Source of the DNA: a virus
Length of the DNA: 53,808 nt
Direction: 5' to 3' (one strand)
Virus genome (UHGV): UHGV-0110229
Below are positions 17,544 through 26,467 of the stretch, piece by piece. Position 1 is the first letter of the stretch; each line of letters begins with the position of its first letter. The position numbers and the translations under genes were made by a program. The notes beneath the pieces were generated by a model. That model was given only the letters and a program-made list of their open reading frames with translations. It was not told the origin of the DNA and did no database searches.

Positions 17544-18149
17544 ATGCAAAACCCTAAAAAACCCATAAGACGCCGTTGCAAATGCTGCGGCGTTTTTTTT
17601 GAGCCTAAATATCACAATCAAACATGGTGCAGCGATGAATGTCTGGAAGAACTGAAATTTGATCAGCTATGTCGCGATCGTGAGAAGGCTATGAAGGCTA
17701 TGGAACGGAAGAAACGCCGTGATAGCCAGCGTGAGGAACGCAACCGGAAGCGGAAGCAGTTAAATCCGCGCAGCTACTGGATTAAACAGGCGCAAAACGT
17801 TTTTAACGCTTATATACGCGAGCGTGACGCGCTATTGCCGTGCATATCATGCGGGACTTACTACGGTGAGCAATGCGGGTGGGATGCAGGCCATTACAGG
17901 ACGGTAGCCGCCGCCGGACACCTTCGCTTTAACGATGATAATTGTCACAAGCAATGCAGGCACTGCAACCAGACACTAGACGGCAACATCGGAGGGTATC
18001 GCCCTGCGCTGATTCGAAAAATTGGCCTCGCCAGGGTAGTAGCTCTGGAGAACAACAACGAAACTCACAAATGGACGATAGAAGAATGCAAGGAAATCAT
18101 AAAAGTCTATCAGGCTAAATTAGACGCCTTAAGGAGAAAGGCAGCATGA
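17544..18149 (+). CDS. ninG: NinG/Rap-family recombination protein
   Basis: Start at MQNPKKP (17544); Cys-rich N-terminus (RRCKCCGVFFEP) and conserved HYRT..G..RFN..NCHKQCRHCN pattern typical of NinG. Confidence 0.7.
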   Translation: MQNPKKPIRRRCKCCGVFFEPKYHNQTWCSDECLEELKFDQLCRDREKAMKAMERKKRRDSQREERNRKRKQLNPRSYWIKQAQNVFNAYIRERDALLPCISCGTYYGEQCGWDAGHYRTVAAAGHLRFNDDNCHKQCRHCNQTLDGNIGGYRPALIRKIGLARVVALENNNETHKWTIEECKEIIKVYQAKLDALRRKAA

Positions 18150-18559
18150 ACGAATATACATTTAGCCTACCTTACCCGCCATCGAATAACCGCTATTACC
18201 GACATTCGCGCGGTTTTCACTATATAAGCAAAGTTGGGAAGGAATATCGGGAACAAGTAAGAGACATCATCGAGCTATTAAATTTAAACATTAACCTACC
18301 TTGCCGACTGGCAATCGCCATCTATGCCGCGCCGCCGGATAACCGGATCAGAGATCTGGATAATATCCCTAAATGCCTTTTTGATAGCCTTACCTATGCC
18401 GGATTTTGGAAGGATGACGGGCAAATTGACTCAATAAAAATTGTCCGCTGCCGGAAGGTAAAAGGCGGACGCTTGTTTATTAAGATCCGCGAACGCGGCG
18501 ACCTGCTACCGGATATTGACGAATACGCGACGAATACGTGGGGGTTACAATGGAGCTAA
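18146..18559 (+). CDS. rusA: RusA Holliday junction resolvase
   Basis: 137 aa; signature LPYPPSNNRYY and D-containing catalytic region. Confidence 0.85.
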   Translation: MNEYTFSLPYPPSNNRYYRHSRGFHYISKVGKEYREQVRDIIELLNLNINLPCRLAIAIYAAPPDNRIRDLDNIPKCLFDSLTYAGFWKDDGQIDSIKIVRCRKVKGGRLFIKIRERGDLLPDIDEYATNTWGLQWS

Positions 18560-18786
18560 TAAACATTGTTGTTAAATGTACTCAATCAAGCGTCGATTTT
18601 TTCACTGAAGGTAAAAAATATTCAGGTTTTATAAAGCATGGGTGCTTTGCTTTCATTCTACAAGACGATCTTGTATCTGATTTCGACGACGCCGACGCAT
18701 GGCGATTAGTCCAGTATTTCCCGTCAAAAAATGAGTATTTTTTGCAGGGTCATTTTAAAACTAGGTTTAAGGTGGTAGAGAAATGA
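18550..18786 (+). CDS. Hypothetical protein
   Basis: ATG at 18550 overlapping the rusA stop. Confidence 0.3.
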   Translation: MELINIVVKCTQSSVDFFTEGKKYSGFIKHGCFAFILQDDLVSDFDDADAWRLVQYFPSKNEYFLQGHFKTRFKVVEK

Positions 18787-18965
18787 AAAACGAAATTAAA
18801 GATCTGCAAATAGATATTCAGCGCGATGAGCATGATTTAGAAACGGTCCGACAAATCCAGGCTTTTCATATGCGCGAATTGCTTGCATTGAAAGAGCTTG
18901 AGAGAAAGTTAGTTCAGTCTATTTCTGATCGTAAACACCTTATTGCTCGTTACGGGGGCAAGTAA
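18783..18965 (+). CDS. Hypothetical protein
   Basis: 60 aa ORF. Confidence 0.3.
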   Translation: MKNEIKDLQIDIQRDEHDLETVRQIQAFHMRELLALKELERKLVQSISDRKHLIARYGGK

Positions 18966-19687
18966 TGAATCTGGAATCTATTCTCAAATTCCACTTCCCA
19001 AAATCACCGCGTTTATCAGATGAAAGCCGGGGCACGTCCCCGGATGCACTTAATACTACGGATGCACTAACAGCAGCAGGCATGGCGCAATCGCGCGTAG
19101 AGCTTGGTTATAGCGCTTTTTTAGGGAAGATGGAACTATCACAAGCCGAAAAACATAAGGCCGTAGTTTTGCTTACAGAGCGTTTAAGGACTATGGCAAA
19201 AGATTATGAATACGTTATGGAACTGGACGAGGCCAAACGCAATGATCTTATTATTCTTGTTGCCGTTTTCGCGTTTCGGGATTATTGCCAAAGCGCCGCG
19301 ACGGAAAAAACTTGCCCGGAGTGCGGCGGATATAAATTTACGTTTGACGACTACGGAGAAAAACACCTTTGCAAAAAATGCAAGGGGCATGGGACAGTTC
19401 GCAATCATTGTAAACAATGCAAGGGCCGTGGCGAAGTACCGGATAAAGCAGCCAGTGAAGCGGCGGAAATGCCAGTGTTCAAAACGTGCCAGCATTGCGG
19501 CGGGCGCGGGTACTCGCGTTTCCCTGTAGATCTTGTACGGCAGGCGGTTAATCAGCTTGTTTTTCCGGTAAGCCGATCAACATGGTGGAAAAAGTACCGG
19601 GCTTTCTATGAAGACGCCATTGCTGAATTGTTCAAAGAAGAGGCGCTGGCAGATAACGAAATTAAAAGAGTGACGCGGGGTGAATGA
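18965..19687 (+). CDS. DnaJ-type zinc-finger protein (4x CxxCxGxG); positional candidate for late antiterminator Q
   Basis: 240 aa; four motifs CPECGG, CKKCKGHG, CKQCKGRG, CQHCGGRG; located after ninG/rusA where Q sits in lambdoid phages; function not established. Confidence 0.4.
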   Translation: MNLESILKFHFPKSPRLSDESRGTSPDALNTTDALTAAGMAQSRVELGYSAFLGKMELSQAEKHKAVVLLTERLRTMAKDYEYVMELDEAKRNDLIILVAVFAFRDYCQSAATEKTCPECGGYKFTFDDYGEKHLCKKCKGHGTVRNHCKQCKGRGEVPDKAASEAAEMPVFKTCQHCGGRGYSRFPVDLVRQAVNQLVFPVSRSTWWKKYRAFYEDAIAELFKEEALADNEIKRVTRGE

Positions 19688-19890
19688 TGGATAAGCTGGA
19701 AATAAACGATCAGTTTGCTGTTATCTTGTTCGAAGATAAAACGGGCGGTGCATGGTGTAAGAAAGTCACTGGTGCGGAAGCACGATTAATATTGGGTATG
19801 GCAAGCGCGTTAAATGATGGTGAATTGCCAGCCGTACCAGTTGAGCCAGTACATATTTACGGACGGAATAAAGATAATGAAAATAATTAA
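19684..19890 (+). CDS. Hypothetical protein
   Basis: 68 aa ORF. Confidence 0.3.
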   Translation: MMDKLEINDQFAVILFEDKTGGAWCKKVTGAEARLILGMASALNDGELPAVPVEPVHIYGRNKDNENN

Positions 19891-20224
19891 TATTGGGTGG
19901 CTGTATTGCGAAAACTGCGACGACGATGGTATGGTCGTAAAAACTGAAAAAGGTTGCGGCTTCATGCTGTATCAAGGTGATAAATTCGTTTGTCCTCGCT
20001 GCGGCGGCGGTGGTGAGATAGAAATCGTTAATGATATTGCTACAGCACATAAGCCATCTCGCATTGTCCTTGATGAAAAAATAAAAATTCATCCTGATTT
20101 ATTACAGCAAATTATCGATCACGTATCGGCAGCCGCAATCTATAGCGATAACAATTATCAGCGTGAAATGAACGTCAAACGTGCTATTAAGCAGTATTTC
20201 GAGGTTGACGACAATGAAGCCTAA
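19877..20224 (+). CDS. Hypothetical zinc-ribbon protein
   Basis: ATG 19877; CENC..CPRCGG motifs. Confidence 0.35.
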   Translation: MKIINIGWLYCENCDDDGMVVKTEKGCGFMLYQGDKFVCPRCGGGGEIEIVNDIATAHKPSRIVLDEKIKIHPDLLQQIIDHVSAAAIYSDNNYQREMNVKRAIKQYFEVDDNEA

Positions 20225-20486
20225 ATTAAAGGAACATCTATTTGCAAAACTGGTTAACGAATTAACGGAAACGGCACACCATTACGCTGGAACACAACAG
20301 CTACGCGGACGGTTGTCTTCAGTTGTCAACCGTTACATTGATGCAGGATGTCACCGCAAAGGTGAAATGACTATGGACAAGGCCATCAAGCGCCGTTCGG
20401 CTGAATGGTCAGTGAGTAACACCGGATTAACCGGATACATTGAAGGCTATAACGACTGTTTACAGGATCATAGCAATGAAAAGTAA
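20214..20486 (+). CDS. Hypothetical protein
   Basis: ATG 20214 within track ORF 20181..20486. Confidence 0.3.
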   Translation: MKPKLKEHLFAKLVNELTETAHHYAGTQQLRGRLSSVVNRYIDAGCHRKGEMTMDKAIKRRSAEWSVSNTGLTGYIEGYNDCLQDHSNEK

Positions 20487-20694
20487 CCGCAAGCGCCTTG
20501 TAAGGGCATATGACAAAGCATTAAAGGCTTTTGATGATCTGCGAAGCAATAAGCGCCAGCGCCGCAAATGGGCGCGCATGCTTGTTCATGAATGGCATTA
20601 TCCTGATGCTGCCTTGATAGAAGGTGCACCGCCATTTACACAGGAACAAGCCGACGAAGTAGCTAACGATAACGTTTATTATATGATGTGGTGA
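20476..20694 (+). CDS. Hypothetical protein
   Basis: ATG 20476 within track ORF 20440..20694. Confidence 0.3.
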   Translation: MKSNRKRLVRAYDKALKAFDDLRSNKRQRRKWARMLVHEWHYPDAALIEGAPPFTQEQADEVANDNVYYMMW

Positions 20695-20698
20695 TAAT

Positions 20699-21064
20699 AT
20701 GCAAATAATCATTGATTATCTTTGTCATGCTGCAAATACGCTTTTTGGTTTTTATCAACAACCATTCCTCAAAGAATGGGACGAAATGCTGAATGACATC
20801 ATTGATAAAGGGTTAATAATGGAGGTTGACGATCTCACAATCAAATTTAATTACGATGGTAAAGAATATCTAATTTGGGTTGGTAATAGATGGTATTCAT
20901 ACGGTCATATTTATTCAATTGGTGGTAAGTTCATTAAAAGAAACCAGGAATTTAGGCCACGCTTCCGCACAATGCGCCGCCTGCATGACCTGCATATGAA
21001 GATATTTGAAGATCAGGAAGAGCGCGAACTATTCAAGATCTACGGGGATAAATCATGGAATTAA
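20699..21064 (+). CDS. Hypothetical protein
   Basis: 121 aa ORF. Confidence 0.35.
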   Translation: MQIIIDYLCHAANTLFGFYQQPFLKEWDEMLNDIIDKGLIMEVDDLTIKFNYDGKEYLIWVGNRWYSYGHIYSIGGKFIKRNQEFRPRFRTMRRLHDLHMKIFEDQEERELFKIYGDKSWN

Positions 21065-21285
21065 AAATCTGGCAGGCTATCGACGTAGTTGATAATGCGT
21101 TATCTATGTTCGCCACCGATGGGAAACGCGTAGCAATCACTACATGGACGCGCAACTATGATGATATTTCTTTTCGTCGCAGAACGGCGGAGTGGTTTTT
21201 CTCTGAAGGCGGCTACACGATGAACATCGCACAGCTTGCCAGAATGAAAGATGAAAAGCTGGTGGACAGCTACACAACTGCGTAA
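21055..21285 (+). CDS. Hypothetical protein
   Basis: 76 aa ORF. Confidence 0.3.
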   Translation: MELKIWQAIDVVDNALSMFATDGKRVAITTWTRNYDDISFRRRTAEWFFSEGGYTMNIAQLARMKDEKLVDSYTTA

Positions 21286-21295
21286 CGGGGTAAAT

Positions 21296-21529
21296 ATGCG
21301 TATCTATGAACACAAGCGGGATAAAACCCGCTTTTTTGTTCGTGCTGGCGTGGCGTACCAGTATCACGAATGCGGTTACATTGAGGCGCTTGCTTACGAT
21401 CTGGACTTCGAGCAAGAAAAGGAATGGTTCGATTTTAAAATTTACCGTAAGCGCAAACCAACTCGCGACGAGCGCCACGCTATCCGTGAATTTTTAATCA
21501 GCATTGAACGTTGGGAGACAGAAGAGTGA
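21296..21529 (+). CDS. Hypothetical protein
   Basis: ATG 21296 (MRIYEHK) within track ORF 21251..21529. Confidence 0.3.
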   Translation: MRIYEHKRDKTRFFVRAGVAYQYHECGYIEALAYDLDFEQEKEWFDFKIYRKRKPTRDERHAIREFLISIERWETEE

Positions 21530-21753
21530 AAGTTAAATTCTTGCACGATCACGGTTATCCGTCACTGAAACAGGTTGTTGGTAAGGTTGTTAACGTCGTC
21601 CATAGCGATGATGTCACTTGCATGATTAACGGTGCTGATTTAATCGCCGCTGGCGCTGATGATCATTACATCAATCCTGCCTGGTCGTATACGTTCAGCC
21701 TGGGTGACTTCGTTGGCGACAAGGGGCGCGGGCTGGAAGTAGTCGAGGGTTAA
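21526..21753 (+). CDS. Hypothetical protein
   Basis: GTG start overlapping previous stop, GGGAGA RBS. Confidence 0.3.
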   Translation: MKVKFLHDHGYPSLKQVVGKVVNVVHSDDVTCMINGADLIAAGADDHYINPAWSYTFSLGDFVGDKGRGLEVVEG

Positions 21754-21757
21754 CATC

Positions 21758-22006
21758 ATGGACGTTTACGAAGATCTATACCTCCAGACAAACACCCGCA
21801 CTTTTTATTTTCTGAAAAACGGCGTCGTATATCGCAGCGACGACGGGGTAATAATGAAGGAGTGGTTATTTAAGCGTAAAGACCTACTCGACGATCTGGT
21901 TTTTGCCGGGATATTTCGTAAACGTCCGGCTAACCTGGAAGAAGAAATGTTGATTGAGGTATATCAAAATGAAAATCAGGGTAAGTTATTTCCGGGCGAA
22001 AGATAA
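21758..22006 (+). CDS. Hypothetical protein
   Basis: 82 aa ORF. Confidence 0.3.
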   Translation: MDVYEDLYLQTNTRTFYFLKNGVVYRSDDGVIMKEWLFKRKDLLDDLVFAGIFRKRPANLEEEMLIEVYQNENQGKLFPGER

Positions 22007-22220
22007 GGCAACAGGAAAGCAGATGGCGATCCTGGTAAACGAGGCCAATTACATGTTTGTGCTTCAACCGTGGTGTATAGCTGACTATAACGATAATTAT
22101 CGCCGCCACAGCGCGCGTGGTGCTGTAGGGATGAAAGGCTGGCAGCCGCGCGACATGGAAAGCTATTGTGAATGGAAGCTGATAGCAAAATACACGGTCG
22201 ATTATAAAGGTGTGTTCTGA
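21969..22220 (+). CDS. Hypothetical protein
   Basis: ATG 21969 with GAGGT RBS; overlaps the previous ORF by 38 nt, so one of the two may be wrong. Confidence 0.3.
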   Translation: MKIRVSYFRAKDKATGKQMAILVNEANYMFVLQPWCIADYNDNYRRHSARGAVGMKGWQPRDMESYCEWKLIAKYTVDYKGVF

Positions 22221-22330
22221 TGGTATTGCTTTCACGCAATAAATATAAAACGTGATCTACCTCGCAAAATATACGAAATGGCATTGTTTCGGCAGTGCCA
22301 TTTTGTTATATATAAGCCACCGAAAGACGG

Positions 22331-22642
22331 ATGGGCAAAATCATGAAAAGCAATAAATTCATAGCGTGCTGTTTTGTTGAAGTACCTGAAGGTGATGTCT
22401 TCTGCAATTACGAATTTAAAGACAGTTGGGGAAAATCTCATGTTGTAGTTGGCAAGCGCGGGGACTGGTTATACATAACAGACGATGACATGATTTTTAC
22501 TGTAAGCCAGTTATTCAAAATTAAGTCAGAAAATAGTGAAGCACCACTTTGCAGAATGTTTAACATGCATTATCACTCACTATTATTGTTAAAACAAGAT
22601 GTTGTAAACAAAGCGCGTAGCTTACCTGGTGCCGAATTTTAA
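22331..22642 (+). CDS. Hypothetical protein (AT-rich cargo island)
   Basis: 103 aa ORF; preceded by an inverted repeat/hairpin at 22276-22303. Confidence 0.35.
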   Translation: MGKIMKSNKFIACCFVEVPEGDVFCNYEFKDSWGKSHVVVGKRGDWLYITDDDMIFTVSQLFKIKSENSEAPLCRMFNMHYHSLLLLKQDVVNKARSLPGAEF

Positions 22643-22665
22643 TTTCTTACGAAGGAGAATGACAA

Positions 22666-22866
22666 ATGTCTAAATTTATCAGCGTTAAAGTTTTTCGTGG
22701 CACTTTTCCAGAAGATGAAAAAAATGGACAATTCGCCGGACAACCTGGCGCATGTTTCCGTGTAGCAACTGACAACGAAGATTGCGTAAAATGCTACCAC
22801 GTATCTGAACCTCCTTTTGACGTGAAATATCTTGATAATGCAGATCACGTTAAATTTTTATCTTAG
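22666..22866 (+). CDS. Hypothetical protein
   Basis: 66 aa ORF with strong RBS GAAGGAGA. Confidence 0.35.
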   Translation: MSKFISVKVFRGTFPEDEKNGQFAGQPGACFRVATDNEDCVKCYHVSEPPFDVKYLDNADHVKFLS

Positions 22867-22965
22867 TATCATTGGAACTTAATCCATTCCCTGGTGATGA
22901 AGTGGAATTGATTGGCGCTGAACTGGTCGCTGAATACAAAATGACTGAAGGTGTAACAGGGGGAA

Positions 22966-23220
22966 TTGACATTGAGCGCATCAAGTAAGCTATACAAGAT
23001 CAGGTGTAAAGGCGAATATCCTGGCTTTACGACTGGTTGCGAATACCTGGGCCATATTGGGTACGGCCCTTTCGGCGAATTAGGGATGAATACGCTGGAC
23101 GACGATGGCGACAACAGGACGCTTGATCTTGATTCTGATGATTTCGAATACATCCCGCCAGTAACTTACCGCGTGGTTGATGAGTTCCTGGCTGAACATG
23201 AAGACGATGAGGATGATTAA
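22966..23220 (+). CDS. Hypothetical acidic protein (start uncertain, TTG only)
   Basis: 84 aa ORF without in-frame ATG near 5' end; an upstream TTG-start ORF 22872..22988 overlaps in another frame. Confidence 0.2.
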   Translation: MTLSASSKLYKIRCKGEYPGFTTGCEYLGHIGYGPFGELGMNTLDDDGDNRTLDLDSDDFEYIPPVTYRVVDEFLAEHEDDEDD

Positions 23221-23344
23221 ATGGAAGATTGGTATAAAAATTTGCTAATTATGTTTCTTTCTGAAAATTGGGCGCTATTTGAGCGTTTTTGCGAGGAACA
23301 TGGAGAAGACCCTAACGATATTTATCACGATCTTGGGGGTGAAG

Positions 23345-23545
23345 ATGATTGAATGCCTTATTATTGCGGTTATTATCATTTACCTGGCTGGCGTCATTTT
23401 AATGGGCGCTTTTCAGAAAGCTGTTGATAGTGACGGCATTATTTGGTTCGAGCTAGTCTTCTGGCCTTTCATTACGATATACGCATTCAGTGACGCTATG
23501 CGTATTAACATCATGCGAGCCATTAAGGAGCGCAAAAATGATTGA
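23345..23545 (+). CDS. Small membrane protein
   Basis: 66 aa MIECLIIAVIIIYLAGVILMGAF.., GGGGGTGA RBS. Confidence 0.35.
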   Translation: MIECLIIAVIIIYLAGVILMGAFQKAVDSDGIIWFELVFWPFITIYAFSDAMRINIMRAIKERKND

Positions 23546-23720
23546 AGATGGCGTGTACGCGGCAACAGTAGTTGAAAGGCTGTTTTACCGCGTAGAAGGC
23601 GATGATATTCGTATCCGCGTTGGCGGTGGCGAGTGGGTAGCGCCAATCATTAAGACGACGCGAGAAACAATTAAAATATTTCTTGATGCTGGCGAACTGG
23701 TGAAGGTTGGCGACCTATGA
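23538..23720 (+). CDS. Hypothetical small protein (MIEDGVY paralogue 1)
   Basis: 60 aa; AGGAG RBS. Confidence 0.3.
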   Translation: MIEDGVYAATVVERLFYRVEGDDIRIRVGGGEWVAPIIKTTRETIKIFLDAGELVKVGDL

Positions 23721-23893
23721 ATGAGATCGAAGATGGCATCTATTTGCATAAGGTATTCAACATCGCTTATTTGGTTAGAGGTGAAGCGGTGATGATAAGA
23801 CCTGATGACGTTCCGTATTGGGAATTAAGCGACATGGATCGGTGGCACATGCAAATGCTACTTGATAATGGACTGATATACAGAAAGCGGTAA
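23717..23893 (+). CDS. Hypothetical small protein (MNEIEDGIY paralogue 2)
   Basis: 58 aa; N-terminal similarity to the preceding ORF. Confidence 0.3.
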   Translation: MNEIEDGIYLHKVFNIAYLVRGEAVMIRPDDVPYWELSDMDRWHMQMLLDNGLIYRKR

Positions 23894-23958
23894 AGCCGTA
23901 TTTGTGGGTCGAAAACAAACAGATTAAAATATTACCTAACAATGCGAAAGTGTAACTA

Positions 23959-23980
23959 CCCGGCCCCGTGCCGGGTTTTT
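23959..23980 (+). terminator. Rho-independent terminator upstream of lysis cassette
   Basis: CCCGGC-CCCGT-GCCGGG followed by TTTTT. Confidence 0.6.
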
Positions 23981-24000
23981 GCTTTGTTGGAGGTAAATCT

Positions 24001-24201
24001 ATGTTCGACAGAATACGGGAGGCGTGTGCGTATGTGACCGGGGCCGTAACTGCTTTTTTCGGCGCGATAACCATCAATGACATTGCCGTCTTTGTGGGTA
24101 TCTTATCAACCATTGGCACATTTGCCGTTAATTATTACTTCAAATCACAGGAGAACAAGCGAGCGCAAGAGGAACACGACGCGCGAATGGGGAATAAGTA
24201 A
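24001..24201 (+). CDS. Class II holin (pinholin-like, two TMDs)
   Basis: 66 aa from ATG 24001 (GGAGGT RBS); two hydrophobic segments and charged C-terminus; resembles phage 21 S-type holin. Confidence 0.6.
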   Translation: MFDRIREACAYVTGAVTAFFGAITINDIAVFVGILSTIGTFAVNYYFKSQENKRAQEEHDARMGNK

Positions 24202-24202
24202 C

Positions 24203-24694
24203 ATGATTAGCCAATCGCTGAAAAACAAGATTGTTGCGGCGGCGGCTGGTGGGGCGATCGCTATTGCGGCGGTGATGATTAAGCCATTAGAGGGAGTTGA
24301 TTACAATCCTTATCGTGATGTTGTTGGTGTATGGACTGTTTGCCACGGTCATACGGGAAAAGACATCATGCTTGGCAAGACTTACACGCAATCAGAATGC
24401 GATGCTTTGTTAAATAAAGATCTACACAAGACCGCAAAAGCGATCGATCCATATATTAAAGTCGAAATATCAGATTTTACCCGCGCAGCACTTTATTCAT
24501 TCGCCTATAACGTAGGCGCTACCAATTTCAAAACATCAACCTTATTGAAGCTACTCAATGACGGCAAGAAATCAGAAGCGTGCGCACAGCTTAAACGCTG
24601 GGTATACGCTGGCGGTAAGAAGTGGCAAGGCCTGGTTAACCGCCGCGAGGTTGAATATGCCGTTTGCGAATGGGGTGAAACATGGACAAGGTGA
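24203..24694 (+). CDS. SAR endolysin (T4-lysozyme-type muramidase with N-terminal signal-arrest-release domain)
   Basis: Gly/Ala-rich weakly hydrophobic N-terminus ([17 protein letters not shown]) then E-8aa-D-5aa-T catalytic triad ([16 protein letters not shown]). Confidence 0.85.
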   Translation: MISQSLKNKIVAAAAGGAIAIAAVMIKPLEGVDYNPYRDVVGVWTVCHGHTGKDIMLGKTYTQSECDALLNKDLHKTAKAIDPYIKVEISDFTRAALYSFAYNVGATNFKTSTLLKLLNDGKKSEACAQLKRWVYAGGKKWQGLVNRREVEYAVCEWGETWTR

Positions 24695-25152
24695 AGACGT
24701 TAATCATCGCCGTTGTTGTTTGTATTGTTGTTGGCCTTGTTGCCGCGCTCAGTCATTGCCAGTCAGTGATAAACACAATGCAAAGCGAGCTAACTACTAC
24801 GCAGGGCGCACTAAAAACAGCAAGTAACACTATTCAGCAGATGAAGGAGCGAAACGCCGAACTGTCAAAACTTGATAAGAGGTATCACGATGAGATTAAA
24901 GCTATCAGATCTGACATTGCCGATCTGCGCACTGGCATTGATAACGGTACTATCCGGTTGCGCGTCAACGCAATACCCGTGCGAGTGTCCGACTCCACCG
25001 GAACCGCCAGCCGCATTGATGGAGCCACCTGTAGACTCACTCCCGACGCTGAATCAGCTTATCTATCCCTCAGAGAACAACTAAAAACGAAAGACGCTCA
25101 GATCACTGGGTTACAGGACTACATCAAAACGCAGTGCTTACGCAAAGAATAA
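24682..25152 (+). CDS. Rz: Rz-like i-spanin
   Basis: 156 aa; N-terminal TM anchor, coiled-coil periplasmic domain; overlaps the endolysin 3' end. Confidence 0.6.
   Translation: MDKVKTLIIAVVVCIVVGLVAALSHCQSVINTMQSELTTTQGALKTASNTIQQMKERNAELSKLDKRYHDEIKAIRSDIADLRTGIDNGTIRLRVNAIPVRVSDSTGTASRIDGATCRLTPDAESAYLSLREQLKTKDAQITGLQDYIKTQCLRKE
24890..25084 (+). CDS. Rz1: Rz1-like o-spanin lipoprotein embedded in Rz (+1 frame)
   Basis: [26 protein letters not shown].. with lipobox LSGC and Pro-rich mature region; AAGAGG RBS. Confidence 0.55.
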   Translation: MRLKLSDLTLPICALALITVLSGCASTQYPCECPTPPEPPAALMEPPVDSLPTLNQLIYPSENN

Positions 25153-25431
25153 CAGCGCGTGGACGTGTCGCCGTTTCCGCCAGCCAGCCATAACCGGGCC
25201 AATCCTTCCCGCGAGCGACGGCGGAAAAGTCAAAAACACGTAATACCTGGTCAACAGCCTCATTAACAGGTCCGGCGCTACCTGGGTAGAAGAAAGCGCC
25301 ATTCTCCAGTTTTATAAAATTCTGAAAACGGTACTCATGCAGCGCCGTTTTTAGTGTTTTATAGCTGTTTTCACTCCCTGCGGTGTCCGGTTTTGCGGGG
25401 GTTATATTTTTCAGGATAGAGGAATATTCTG

Positions 25432-26016
25432 ATGGCTAAGGCTAAAGGCATCAAGTTGCCTCAATTCAAAGTTCCGCTCTTTGAGCATACAACTGTTTTC
25501 TTCTGCCCGACCCGCGAGATGTTCTATGAGTTTTGCGAAAAGGCAGGGATCCCAATCGAACCTGATTTCGAACTGGCAGGGGGATTAACACTTACTTGCA
25601 CTGGAGAGAAAGGCGGTAACTTCTACGTGATCGCAGTATTCGACAATGAGTTAGGAACGCTGGTACACGAATGCGCCCACACCACATTTCACGTATTAAG
25701 TGATGTAGGTGTCGTGGCGACAACTGATCCAACTCATCCGGCAAACGAGACTTACGCTTACATGGTAGGCCGCATCTTTGATGCATTCTTCCCGATCCTG
25801 GCTGAATCAAACGAAGCACAGGTGGCAGCTATGCAGGCCGCTGAAGTCGTAGAGAAGGCATTAGACCAGGCAGAAAAGGCGACTGATGCAGCAGAACAGG
25901 CAGTTGAACAGGCAGAGGAGCCGAAAGAAGAGAAAAAACCAGCGAAGAAAGGCAAACGTAAGCCTAAAGCAAAAGAAGCGCTTGTACCGCGTGTAATGAG
26001 CTTTAAACGGGGGTGA
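25432..26016 (+). CDS. HExxH-motif protein (putative metallopeptidase-like) with K/E-rich low-complexity tail
   Basis: 194 aa; single HECAH motif; C-terminal EEPKEEKKPAKKGKRKPKAK. Confidence 0.45.
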   Translation: MAKAKGIKLPQFKVPLFEHTTVFFCPTREMFYEFCEKAGIPIEPDFELAGGLTLTCTGEKGGNFYVIAVFDNELGTLVHECAHTTFHVLSDVGVVATTDPTHPANETYAYMVGRIFDAFFPILAESNEAQVAAMQAAEVVEKALDQAEKATDAAEQAVEQAEEPKEEKKPAKKGKRKPKAKEALVPRVMSFKRG

Positions 26017-26018
26017 TT

Positions 26019-26087
26019 ATGGTTACTTTTCTGTTGGGTTTATTTATCGGAATGGCTGCCGCTGTAATATTACTGGTTGGTGAATAA
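26019..26087 (+). CDS. Mini membrane peptide P1 (22 aa)
   Basis: MVTFLLGLFIGMAAAVILLVGE; GGGGGTGA RBS; starts 3 nt after upstream stop. Confidence 0.3.
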   Translation: MVTFLLGLFIGMAAAVILLVGE

Positions 26088-26091
26088 TGTT

Positions 26092-26274
26092 ATGGATGAT
26101 TATATCATTGCCGGATTGATCGGCATTTCTGTATATCTGGTGGGTTTTATTGCAGTTGCACTAATAAACGCAAAGATCAAGCGCTGGCTGGAGGGCAAGA
26201 TGATTGACCCGCTCGTTATCCTTTCTTTATGCGTCGCTGTATGGCTGGCGATCATGATATTCATTGAAAGCTGA
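26092..26274 (+). CDS. Mini membrane protein P2 (60 aa, 2 TM)
   Basis: MDDYIIAGLIGISVYLVGFIAVALI..; first ATG within track ORF 26077..26274. Confidence 0.35.
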   Translation: MDDYIIAGLIGISVYLVGFIAVALINAKIKRWLEGKMIDPLVILSLCVAVWLAIMIFIES

Positions 26275-26285
26275 AGGTATTCACC

Positions 26286-26360
26286 ATGAATATTTACGAT
26301 CTCATCTGGTGGTCAGTGGTCGCCGTCATTATCTATTTCTGGTGGAAGAATGTTGTATAG
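26286..26360 (+). CDS. Mini membrane peptide P3 (24 aa)
   Basis: MNIYDLIWWSVVAVIIYFWWKNVV. Confidence 0.3.
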   Translation: MNIYDLIWWSVVAVIIYFWWKNVV

Positions 26361-26368
26361 GTGACGGC

Positions 26369-26467
26369 ATGGATATATTCGAATTACTGGCGATTATGTG
26401 CGGAATGATGCTAGGCGTTGTCGCCATAATCATAATCATCGGCCTTGTTATGGGTAGCATCAAATGA
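26369..26467 (+). CDS. Mini membrane peptide P4 (32 aa)
   Basis: MDIFELLAIMCGMMLGVVAIIIIIGLVMGSIK. Confidence 0.3.
   Translation: MDIFELLAIMCGMMLGVVAIIIIIGLVMGSIK

Noticed and set aside
23894-23958. Q-dependent late promoter (PR'-like) immediately upstream of the terminator before the holin
   Set aside because: A weak TTGTGG-17-TAAAAT candidate exists but would give only a roughly 25 nt transcript before the hairpin and is not adjacent to the Q candidate; not convincing without data.
23968-24000. Longer holin start at 23968 given in the ORF track
   Set aside because: That start lies inside the terminator hairpin; the ATG at 24001 has a GGAGGT RBS and gives a typical 66 aa holin.
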